NCBI GenBank assembly: GCA_964653275.1
Contig: CAZZET010000007.1
Location: 13,983 to 77,982 of the forward strand
Direction of reading: 5' to 3'
DNA: 64,000 nt
DNA from: an uncultured Methylococcales bacterium
GTDB taxonomy: Bacteria; Pseudomonadota; Gammaproteobacteria; Methylococcales; G963664935
The notes beneath the pieces were generated by a model that saw only the letters and a program-made list of their open reading frames with translations, searched no databases and had not been told where the DNA came from. The position numbers and the translations under genes are program-made. Below, piece by piece: positions 1 to 8,524 of the stretch (within the stretch, counting starts at the first letter, position 1; each line of letters opens with the position of its first letter).

Positions 1-753
1 TTGATGGTCGACGGCATCCAGCTTCATTGCGAGTCCAAATTCGCATCCCGTTTTATTTGGAAGTTCGATAAACTTAAGCCAATTATCTGATTTTTCGCCA
101 GAATATTTTCCCTGTAAATGGAAAGTAGCTCTTCCCTTCCAGGTTGAAATTGTTGTGAATCGTTTGCTATCGGAATTGGCGCGCACTGGCCACATTGGGA
201 GAACCACAGGACGCAAAGCAGGAATCCACGTGAGCCCTCCCGTAGGGATCCCGCATGCCTTCGCGCCAATATTGAGCCCAAGGGTGAACAGGTGCTGATA
301 GCGATCCAAAATCTCAAATCCGCTTTCGTCTTTGGAATAAAGAACCTGCGTGTTCCCAGGGTTGCCATCGAAGAAAGCTCGACATCTTGCATTATCGAAT
401 ATCTCAGGGGCTTTATCGATTTGCCCACTCCTTGTGATTAATAAATCACAGCTCTTAGCTACCTTAACGGCCTCGCTCAACGGCATGCCATACGCCGCCT
501 TCCCCCCCTGATAGATAAGACAACATCGGGGCCATATACCGTAAGATCTTGCCACAGTTTCAAAATGGAGCCTGCCGTCCCATTTATCGAAAGGCACCTT
601 CTGATTATTTGAATCAACGCAGCGACCGGAACCGACATGCTCCATTAGATAGACCTCATGGCCTAGTTTTTGGAAACCACTAGGATATGCCATGGCGTGG
701 TCAATATGGCCCACGGTGGTATTTGCTATTTTTCCCGTACAGATAATGATCAT
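1..753 (-). CDS. Probable glycosyltransferase-like protein, 3' end runs off the window (absent from the ORF track)
   Basis: Manual translation: ATG at 753-751 overlaps the TGA of the upstream gene (ATGA coupling). The frame is open for 251 codons to base 1: MIIICTGKIANTTVGHIDHAMAYPSGFQKLGHEVYLMEH...FDGNPGNTQ...LFTLGLNIG...RFTTISTWKG. Family assignment is by recalled resemblance to uncharacterised GT-B-like proteins. Confidence 0.75.
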   Translation of the reverse strand, partial: MIIICTGKIANTTVGHIDHAMAYPSGFQKLGHEVYLMEHVGSGRCVDSNNQKVPFDKWDGRLHFETVARSYGIWPRCCLIYQGGKAAYGMPLSEAVKVAKSCDLLITRSGQIDKAPEIFDNARCRAFFDGNPGNTQVLYSKDESGFEILDRYQHLFTLGLNIGAKACGIPTGGLTWIPALRPVVLPMWPVRANSDSKRFTTISTWKGRATFHLQGKYSGEKSDNWLKFIELPNKTGCEFGLAMKLDAVDHQ

Positions 754-1721
754 TCTGTTTTGTTAAATCGAGTAGTTCGATTTGCAACCGACAAAGCTGA
801 CAGGGGCGACGACGTGATCTCGGCCGTCACAGCGGTAATGAATTCCCGCTTCACGTCCCGGAGTTCCGGGAGCGCGCGCTCTCGGCAAGATAGGGCAATT
901 TTTCGGGCTTGGGTAGAGAAGCACCAATCGACAGCGGCATCGAGACGTTCTGGCGTTAAATTCTCAATCGGAATGCTTTGCGGCCAACCAAGCTTCTTTG
1001 CCTGAGCCGAGACCTTGGCGCCTCCCTCAATCGCATCAACGGCGATAACCGGCACACCCGCCTTGAGAGCATAAACCATACCATGCAGCCGGTTCGTCAA
1101 GAGAAGGTCTACCCGTTGGAGCACCGACAGAAAATGGATTGGAGACTGTAGGCTGTTTTTATCAAGATACCATCGGGTGTCCAGATCAATCACAGCAAAT
1201 CTGCGTCTTTGGATTAGAGCATCGAAATGCCGTATAACTTCGTCATGCCTCTCCCGACCGGTATAGGAAGACTGCTTCTGTACCATGCAGCGTCCGACTA
1301 CGGGTACCAATCCAGTGTCCGCAAGCAGCGTAAGATCTGGTCGCGTCTGTCGATCAGAATCCCTCTCAAACAATGCATCGAATGGATTCCAAGTTTGGAG
1401 CGGCGTCACTAATGTTAGGTTAACCCCTATACACACACAGTTTTGGAATAAGGAGAAATCGAACTCGATTTCTTCTAGCTGCTCTTTCCAAACCGGTCCG
1501 CAGATCATTACCATGTGGCTGTAGATGTTTGGGTCAACACTGTCCAAATCGCAAACTTTCCGCATTTTTTTTCGGACCGACTTTTTGAAGGGAGCCACGT
1601 CGTAGGATAGGCCAATACCATCTAACCAACACCGGACGATATCAAGACTCTCGATGTCCCCGATGGTTGAGAAATGACCCGTGAGCAGCACTCTTTTGGT
1701 ACTCAAATCACGCCCTGCCAT
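750..1721 (-). CDS. Polysaccharide pyruvyl transferase family protein
   Basis: C-terminal LLTNRLHGMVYALKAGVPVIAVD matches the family's RLHG motif; located in a glycan operon. Confidence 0.75.
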   Translation of the reverse strand: MAGRDLSTKRVLLTGHFSTIGDIESLDIVRCWLDGIGLSYDVAPFKKSVRKKMRKVCDLDSVDPNIYSHMVMICGPVWKEQLEEIEFDFSLFQNCVCIGVNLTLVTPLQTWNPFDALFERDSDRQTRPDLTLLADTGLVPVVGRCMVQKQSSYTGRERHDEVIRHFDALIQRRRFAVIDLDTRWYLDKNSLQSPIHFLSVLQRVDLLLTNRLHGMVYALKAGVPVIAVDAIEGGAKVSAQAKKLGWPQSIPIENLTPERLDAAVDWCFSTQARKIALSCRERALPELRDVKREFITAVTAEITSSPLSALSVANRTTRFNKTE

Positions 1722-1761
1722 TTCGAATTTCCATGAAATTTTATATAAATGATGGCGATCA

Positions 1762-2754
1762 TCACAATAACTGAGCTTTATTCATAAGATTGGACTCGAT
1801 AAAGTTCAACCACGCCTTCACCTGGATTTTCCACGAATACTTTTCTAATATTCGCTTTCGATTATTTTCTCCCAATCTTTTTACCAAGGAACGGTCAACC
1901 TCACATTGCATCACAATTTTTTTTATTTCCTCGAGATCCCTTTTGATGAAAAAACCATTTATATGTTCTTCAATTAAATCCTCACAGCCGCCAACCTTTG
2001 TTGATATGATCCCCCGTCCGCAGGATGAGGCCTCGAGAACGCTTTGTGAAAACCCTTCAGAGGTTGATGCACAAATATAAAGGTCAACCTGGTTATAAAG
2101 TTGTGGCATCTCCTCTCTTTCTACTTGTCGTTCGCCTCTTCCTCCAAGTATTTTGACTTCCACATTGGGGATTTTATTTAGAGGTTTAATAAATTCAGAG
2201 TAACCCTTCAAGTAATCATGCTTTCGGATGTATGTACTTCCGGAAAAACCGATAACAAGGGGTACTTTTCTATCGGTGTTGATTGGATGGATGGGGTGAA
2301 AGAGCTCAGTGTCGACGCCATTTTCCGTTAGGACGATGTTTTCTAACCCTGCGTCTCGAAACAATTTATATAATCTTCGACTGATAATATTGATGTTTTT
2401 AAGCTGTGATAACTTATTCACAAGTTCTTTCGGGGGTGGCGAATAAACTTCAGGACGAGTCAAATATTGGTCCCATGACCGGTGGGAATGTATCCCCGTA
2501 ATGAGTTTTGTTCGATCCAAAAAGGTTAACAGCTCTCGGTAATTCTCCTTTTTCTTTTTTGAAATGATGAGTGTCCAGCCCATCGCAAATAGGAGATCAT
2601 ACTTTGTGTGATCTCGTTCGATATAATCAAGCTCCTCTTCAATGGAGACGATGTCAAATGAAAGCTTGTCATTGGTATTAAACCGTACAAGTCCTTTTGC
2701 AATCGTGTCATAGGACCAACCCAATTTATCAACGATAATTAAAACTTTTTTCAC
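1762..2754 (-). CDS. Glycosyltransferase family 4 (GT-B)
   Basis: NGVDTELF motif and DLYICASTSEGFSQSVLEASSCG (E-x7-E), plus TKVGGCEDLIEEHINGF. Confidence 0.9.
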   Translation of the reverse strand: MKKVLIIVDKLGWSYDTIAKGLVRFNTNDKLSFDIVSIEEELDYIERDHTKYDLLFAMGWTLIISKKKKENYRELLTFLDRTKLITGIHSHRSWDQYLTRPEVYSPPPKELVNKLSQLKNINIISRRLYKLFRDAGLENIVLTENGVDTELFHPIHPINTDRKVPLVIGFSGSTYIRKHDYLKGYSEFIKPLNKIPNVEVKILGGRGERQVEREEMPQLYNQVDLYICASTSEGFSQSVLEASSCGRGIISTKVGGCEDLIEEHINGFFIKRDLEEIKKIVMQCEVDRSLVKRLGENNRKRILEKYSWKIQVKAWLNFIESNLMNKAQLL

Positions 2755-2770
2755 GTTGGAATCCCTAACT

Positions 2771-3694
2771 TTAACCGTCTATGGTGACTTGACTTAATGT
2801 TTTAAAAATATAATTTCGATCTTTTAACAAACTAAAGGTATTCTCAATCGTGTTTAACATTTTGTTACAGTCTTCTTCTGTCCTGCAATAGGGACTCTTA
2901 TTCGGGACAAGCTCGACATTATGAAACATACTGCATAAAACGGTTGGACTGGTATAGTTTTCATACCAATCAATTACCTTTTTGCATTGATCAAAGTTAG
3001 AAAAACGACGGGGTGTTGGTCTGAGCCATTCTAAATTGGGTGTAATTGAGACGGGAACCTCCAAAATCTTTGAATTTCCGACGATACAAATATTTTGTTT
3101 TGACGGGTAATAGGGGGAAAGGCTTCCGGGCGTAGAAAAATCGACAACATTATGCCAATTTCGAAAAGGGGTTACACTCGTATCATGCGTATAACCTAAC
3201 TTTTCCAGGCATTCCAAGGTCCATCCTCTTACCCCAAAGCGCCCCGCTCGAAATGACTTCGGGGCATATCCAAACAGACTTACAAACTTTTCCGTTAGAT
3301 TTTCCAGTTTTTTAAATTCAACCTCTTCCTCATATTCACATTGCATATCTTTTGGGTCGCATCCACTAAAATCTTCGCCAGGAAACCTTGCCATGGGGGC
3401 AATGTACTCTCCATGAAGGTGTGTTCCGAGTTCGCATTGATTTCTGTCAAGCGTATTGAGAAAACGAACGGATTCTTGATCGACCATGACAGCCGGACTA
3501 ATTAGGTAAACAGGCTTTACGCCATATTTTTCGCATAGTTGCTGAAGGATTCCAATCCCCTTGGTGACCCCCTCGTAAGTCGCAGGATTTGATGTTTTCC
3601 ATTTGCGACCTGCATCAATTTCAACATCAATTGTCAAGACATAGGTCCTTGTTGCGTTAGTTTTCACTGTGTTTTCTGTTTTTTCCTCCCTCAC
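2771..3694 (-). CDS. Polysaccharide deacetylase (NodB/WalW-like)
   Basis: LTIDVEID, ELGTHLHGE, SFRAGRFG and DTSVTP motifs. Confidence 0.85.
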   Translation of the reverse strand: MREEKTENTVKTNATRTYVLTIDVEIDAGRKWKTSNPATYEGVTKGIGILQQLCEKYGVKPVYLISPAVMVDQESVRFLNTLDRNQCELGTHLHGEYIAPMARFPGEDFSGCDPKDMQCEYEEEVEFKKLENLTEKFVSLFGYAPKSFRAGRFGVRGWTLECLEKLGYTHDTSVTPFRNWHNVVDFSTPGSLSPYYPSKQNICIVGNSKILEVPVSITPNLEWLRPTPRRFSNFDQCKKVIDWYENYTSPTVLCSMFHNVELVPNKSPYCRTEEDCNKMLNTIENTFSLLKDRNYIFKTLSQVTIDG

Positions 3695-5076
3695 TCCATC
3701 TGCTCCCCAAGAAAGATTTTCTCCTGAGCTTGTGTAAGAATCGCCTTGATCTCATCTTCCAATCGAGGCCTTTGCTGAAGGTAAAACCTATAGACCTTGG
3801 TAACAAACAGCACCTGAACATACCAGTTCAATCCGTTCATTGGAATTGAAAAACCAGCCTTATGTTCATAGGCGTGAACAAAGGTCGAGATTATCAATGG
3901 AACAAAATCCGGGGCGAAGGAACGGAAATGACAATCAACGATAAAATTTGCGACATCCTGGGTCGGGTCACCCATCGCAAACTCATCAAAATCAAAACAA
4001 GCGATCTTGTCCCCGCAAACAAGAAGTTGCTGAACAGAAAAATCCGCATGAATAATGGTATCACTGACCGGGGAAAATATAGTTGAATCTTTTGCCAGGC
4101 GCCGGTCTATCCGTTGCAGTGGCTCGCTGAACTGTGGAAAAGCTCGAATCAGCTTGGCAATCTTTTTTTTAATCTCGATCAGGTGTTCGGTCATTGTAAT
4201 CTGTGTCGGGCTATGGAGCCCACTTTTGTGGAAAACCGCCAGTCCCTTTGCAACGGTCTTGATGAGATGCTGATAGTTCATCTTGTCGATCAATTCAGCC
4301 AGCGGCTTGCCATCTAAACCGGCCTGCCAAACGGTTTTAATCTGTTCGTTGTAGTCTAAAGGTTGTGCGATTAAAAAACTGTCCGGGTCACACTGGGTCT
4401 TCCGAAAAAGTGCATCGGAACGACTGAAAAGGGCTTTTCCCTGGTCATCTTTGAATGTCTTGCCAAAAAGCGTGATTTTTTCAGGCCCATCTTTTAAACC
4501 CCATTGCAGGTGATACCGGGTCGTACAGCGGTTCTCAGGACGATAATGCACGGCTTCTGCATCAACTTTCAGGATGTCCTCCGGTCCATTTAGCCCCGAA
4601 GGGAGATGATCGTAGGGGAAATAGGGCTTCACCTTTTCGGGATCGGCGCATTTCGGTAAATGGGAGAGGACCGGATCATTCGGGAATGCCCAGACAATCA
4701 TGTCGCATTCAGGGAGAGATACGAAGGGCTCTCCATATTGTGGGACAACAAACGAGCAGGTTTTTATCTTTTCGAATTCAATTTGGCTGTGGTTTTCAAG
4801 GTATACCTTGGCATAAAGAAGCTGCTTGCCCGATTTTTTGGTCACGAAATCTGTGATATGGAGGTAATAGCAGATTGAGAGGGTCGATTTCCCATAAGAT
4901 AATGGATTCTCATATGTCTTATACTTAGTGTATCCACGCGTGCAGCTTGTAATGATCAGGCGACCATCCGAAAAAGAAGGAAGTTGCTGTTGAAGGAGAT
5001 CTTTTACCTGCCCTGGATCAATGAATCTATCGAATCCTTGCTTAACTAGATCTGACTTTAAGCGCTTCATCTCCAT
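3691..5076 (-). CDS. APH/choline-kinase-fold phosphotransferase
   Basis: IIHADFSVQQLL catalytic loop, FDFDE metal-binding motif, GDPTQDVANF; 4-bp overlap with the next gene. Confidence 0.8.
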   Translation of the reverse strand: MEMKRLKSDLVKQGFDRFIDPGQVKDLLQQQLPSFSDGRLIITSCTRGYTKYKTYENPLSYGKSTLSICYYLHITDFVTKKSGKQLLYAKVYLENHSQIEFEKIKTCSFVVPQYGEPFVSLPECDMIVWAFPNDPVLSHLPKCADPEKVKPYFPYDHLPSGLNGPEDILKVDAEAVHYRPENRCTTRYHLQWGLKDGPEKITLFGKTFKDDQGKALFSRSDALFRKTQCDPDSFLIAQPLDYNEQIKTVWQAGLDGKPLAELIDKMNYQHLIKTVAKGLAVFHKSGLHSPTQITMTEHLIEIKKKIAKLIRAFPQFSEPLQRIDRRLAKDSTIFSPVSDTIIHADFSVQQLLVCGDKIACFDFDEFAMGDPTQDVANFIVDCHFRSFAPDFVPLIISTFVHAYEHKAGFSIPMNGLNWYVQVLFVTKVYRFYLQQRPRLEDEIKAILTQAQEKIFLGEQME

Positions 5077-5430
5077 GCTAGGTAATCAACAAATCTTTTT
5101 GGGGCAAGGCATCTCTAAACTGTCGTAGATATAAAATATTAGTGTTTAATTTTCGGAATTTCTCCCGATTGCAACCAATAGAATCGACCTTGGTGAAGAA
5201 CATTTAGCCCCTTTTTTCCTGACGAAAATTATCAATTAAATCTATTCGGTACCGCACAGTAATTAAATCTTTTCTATGTGACCCTGTGTTTAAATCCGTC
5301 CAATATTGAGCGATGATTTGAAGCCCATGAACGTACTTTGGGGGTGGTCGCTGGTACAAACCACACATCTGCGCCGGGTCACTAAAAAGCATGAATACTT
5401 TCATTGTTAAGGCTTGTCAAATTAACCTCT

Positions 5431-7080
5431 TTACATACCAGAGAAATTGCAAGGTAGTACCAACCTATTGGAAATTGCACGGCTCAATACCGGGCCAATC
5501 TCGTCGCTCTGATCGATACCTGATAAAAGTAGAGCGGCACCCGTGCTCATCAAGCAAGACTCGAAGTCCTTAAAATAATTGTGCCGGTCGTTCGAAAGCT
5601 GATAGAACAGTGCCGCACCAGCGAATGCCACTACGCGCGGACAAATACTCAGCCACATATCTCCGACTCTATCTTGATATGCTTTGAGCGCTTCCCTGAT
5701 CGCCGCAATTCCAGCACTGCCAGAAGAAGTGACAAGGCCCCAGAGAATATAATGTCCCAAAAAAAGGCCAAAGTCATAGGCAGGGTCGCCGATACTTGAG
5801 CTGAGTTCAAAATCGATGATACCAATTCCATGTTTGCCAACAAAAATATTCTTCGGGAAATAATCCAGGATTAAGAGGTGGTGTCCCACCTTTTTTTGAG
5901 CAACTTGATCACTTTCGAACCGAAGTGCTTCCATATGACGGCGCACTTTTTCAGATATCCCGACCGGCAAGATGTCCACCGTCCGCAAATCCAGCAATCT
6001 TTCCCAATGGCTCAGGTCGGTCTCATATTCTCCCCTGACCGGCTTTATGGGCGTAGACAAATTATGGCAGCCTGCCAAAAAACGACTTGCTGCACTCGCA
6101 ACCGACGGGTCGAACAACCCTTTTTTGAAGTCGTTCAACAATGATCTTCCTCCAGGACAGACTTCTGTCAACACAAGAGTCAGTGTTTTTTTATCAAAAA
6201 GAACGACTTCGGGGAGATCGACTTCACCATCTAATCGATGATTACTCAACCGATTGAGTGTGCGCCGTTCTGTCGAAAGGCGCCCACGCGGCTTGGGACT
6301 GAGCCGTTCCCCATAACGACCGGTTTCGACCGTATCTCCAGCATATTTCACAAAATAAGAGCAGCCATTTTTGAGCCGAACACGGAATACCGGATCCATC
6401 TTGCCACCACGGGCAACATCAAGACTTCTGACCTTACCCAGGTTGTTTTCCTCAATCACCGCGTGCACCTTTTTGCTGATAATCTCGCTCATCTCCCTCA
6501 TCCCTCCACAACAGATCGCCCATGTTTCTTCACGCTGTTTATTATCCAACTGCCTTGGCAACGCGGCCATAAATGGGCCTCGACCTGTGGCATCACGGGC
6601 CAACATTGTTCTCAGAGCCGTAGAACGAACCGTCATGGCACCGGTAGGCAATGCGATCAGTTCAGCTGCAACACCGCTAGGATGGGTCTGCTCTAAGAGC
6701 TTCGTAAAACGGTCGTCCCCCTGAGCCAGATCAGCCTCTCCGATGCAAAACAGTAAGGTGTCACCCGCATCGACACGATCAAAATAGCCAAGCGCATGAT
6801 GCACTGCGGTATGTGGCGCAAGTTCGATTTGGACGTTTGGAATACCTTTAAGATAGATTTCCCAGACACGCCGGGCGACATCAGCATCAAGCGCTTTTGT
6901 AACCCCTGGGATATGCCGGCATCGGTTGGAGATGATCACGACCACTTCATCAACATCACACCGGGAAGCAAGATCCAGAACAGCAGTCAAATGTGCTCCA
7001 TGAGGTGGCCGAAAGGCTCCGGGGTAAAGTGCAATCCGGCGGCCTATTTTGCTTATTTCACTCTTCCAGATCATCAACAC
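5431..7080 (-). CDS. Fusion of HxGH-type nucleotidyltransferase (N-terminal) and methylthioribose-kinase/APH-like kinase (C-terminal)
   Basis: IALYPGAFRPPHGAH and SxT-like RSTALR in the N-terminal half; YFVKYA, LDYFPKNIFV, IIDFE and GDPAYDFG in the C-terminal half. Confidence 0.75.
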   Translation of the reverse strand: MLMIWKSEISKIGRRIALYPGAFRPPHGAHLTAVLDLASRCDVDEVVVIISNRCRHIPGVTKALDADVARRVWEIYLKGIPNVQIELAPHTAVHHALGYFDRVDAGDTLLFCIGEADLAQGDDRFTKLLEQTHPSGVAAELIALPTGAMTVRSTALRTMLARDATGRGPFMAALPRQLDNKQREETWAICCGGMREMSEIISKKVHAVIEENNLGKVRSLDVARGGKMDPVFRVRLKNGCSYFVKYAGDTVETGRYGERLSPKPRGRLSTERRTLNRLSNHRLDGEVDLPEVVLFDKKTLTLVLTEVCPGGRSLLNDFKKGLFDPSVASAASRFLAGCHNLSTPIKPVRGEYETDLSHWERLLDLRTVDILPVGISEKVRRHMEALRFESDQVAQKKVGHHLLILDYFPKNIFVGKHGIGIIDFELSSSIGDPAYDFGLFLGHYILWGLVTSSGSAGIAAIREALKAYQDRVGDMWLSICPRVVAFAGAALFYQLSNDRHNYFKDFESCLMSTGAALLLSGIDQSDEIGPVLSRAISNRLVLPCNFSGM

Positions 7081-7138
7081 CGTCTACAATCGCTTTTTTT
7101 ATTCCCCGACACCACACAATCTAACTCCAAATAATCCT

Positions 7139-8512
7139 TTAGGCTCGATGAAAACAATAATGCTCGCTCAGATCCAAGAATTGATCCAACCGTTTCAAGC
7201 GCCTCTTATCCCATTGACGAATACTTCGTCGAACAATTTCATAAATAAAAGAGGCAGCGATATACCAATACAGCGCCTTCTGGGGCACCTTCCATTTAAC
7301 CTTCCGTGCATAGGTACGGCAAAACAGTTCGACGCGTTCCCGGATGTAGGACTCATCACAGCCAACATAGATCCCATTCAGGTAAAAATTGGCGATAAAA
7401 CTTCCGATGTCACTCAAAGGATCGCCTAAACATACACAATCCATATCAATCAGACCCACGTTCCCTTTGTACATCAGCATATTCCCAAGCTTCAAATCTC
7501 TGTGTATGGGCGTCGTAGGTGAAGAAAACAATCCAGCCTCCTCCGATTGAGCGAGTAATATAGAAACCAAAAATCGGACGCGATCGGTCAAATGTGGATG
7601 GCTCTCAGCCACAACATCGACAGTTTTCCTTAAAAGTCGGGTTACTTCCTCCAGCTTGAAAGAATGCGAACTCTTCACGATCGTACCATGAAATGCTGCA
7701 ACAGTTCGGGCAATCGCCGCCATTGTTTTGAGGGATGAGGGGTCCTTGATCACCTCCGCCACGATGGGAACACCCGGCACTTTAGACTGCCAAAGCACCT
7801 TGAACTCGGGGTCATAGCCTATAGGCTTGGCTGTTTGTTCCGGTGCCAATTGAATCGATAACTGACGTATAATACTCAAAATCTCATGGCCGCTTTCATC
7901 GGAGAAAACCTTGCCGTAAATCGTCAGCGAACTGCTTTCACCCGAGGCCCGGTCTTCCACCGCCAAGTCATAACGAATCATGCAGGACCGCTCTGGCAGG
8001 TAATGGACAATGTGAGTCTCTATTTTCAGCAGACGCTTGGATTTGCGCAGATCTAGGGAGATGAGCCTTTGTGGGAAAAGGTCATGGAGGAAAAGCGGAT
8101 CAAGCATTTGCGGTAAATGGCTCAGTTTGCGATCATTTGGAAAGGACCAGACGAGGATTTCAAGATCGGGCAGGTAAACAAGCGGAAATATCCCCTCGAT
8201 TGGAAATAGGTTGCTGCTTTTCGCCTGCTCCCATTCGAATAGTCCTTCTCCTGCTTTACAGAGCCTCGCGCAGACAATCTGCTCTTGGATGCCTCCTTTT
8301 TCCGCATTCAAAATCTCCAGGTTATAGGTGATAACACAACTTTTTTTAGGCTTGTAGCGTTGTTCCTCGATCTGGCAGCATTGGATCACCAGGGCATTTT
8401 TGTGCTTATCACTGCTGGAGAACAAGTGCTTTTGCAAAGATTTCTGCATTTGAGATACATCTAATGCGCGTGCCATCTGCTGGAATTGTCTATCAATCAT
8501 TTTTTTCAACAT
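7139..8512 (-). CDS. APH-fold phosphotransferase
   Basis: PIHRDLKLGNML, LIDMD and GDPLSDIGSF motifs; same layout as 3691-5076. Confidence 0.8.
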   Translation of the reverse strand: MLKKMIDRQFQQMARALDVSQMQKSLQKHLFSSSDKHKNALVIQCCQIEEQRYKPKKSCVITYNLEILNAEKGGIQEQIVCARLCKAGEGLFEWEQAKSSNLFPIEGIFPLVYLPDLEILVWSFPNDRKLSHLPQMLDPLFLHDLFPQRLISLDLRKSKRLLKIETHIVHYLPERSCMIRYDLAVEDRASGESSSLTIYGKVFSDESGHEILSIIRQLSIQLAPEQTAKPIGYDPEFKVLWQSKVPGVPIVAEVIKDPSSLKTMAAIARTVAAFHGTIVKSSHSFKLEEVTRLLRKTVDVVAESHPHLTDRVRFLVSILLAQSEEAGLFSSPTTPIHRDLKLGNMLMYKGNVGLIDMDCVCLGDPLSDIGSFIANFYLNGIYVGCDESYIRERVELFCRTYARKVKWKVPQKALYWYIAASFIYEIVRRSIRQWDKRRLKRLDQFLDLSEHYCFHRA

Positions 8513-8524
8513 CCCCTCCTCGAA

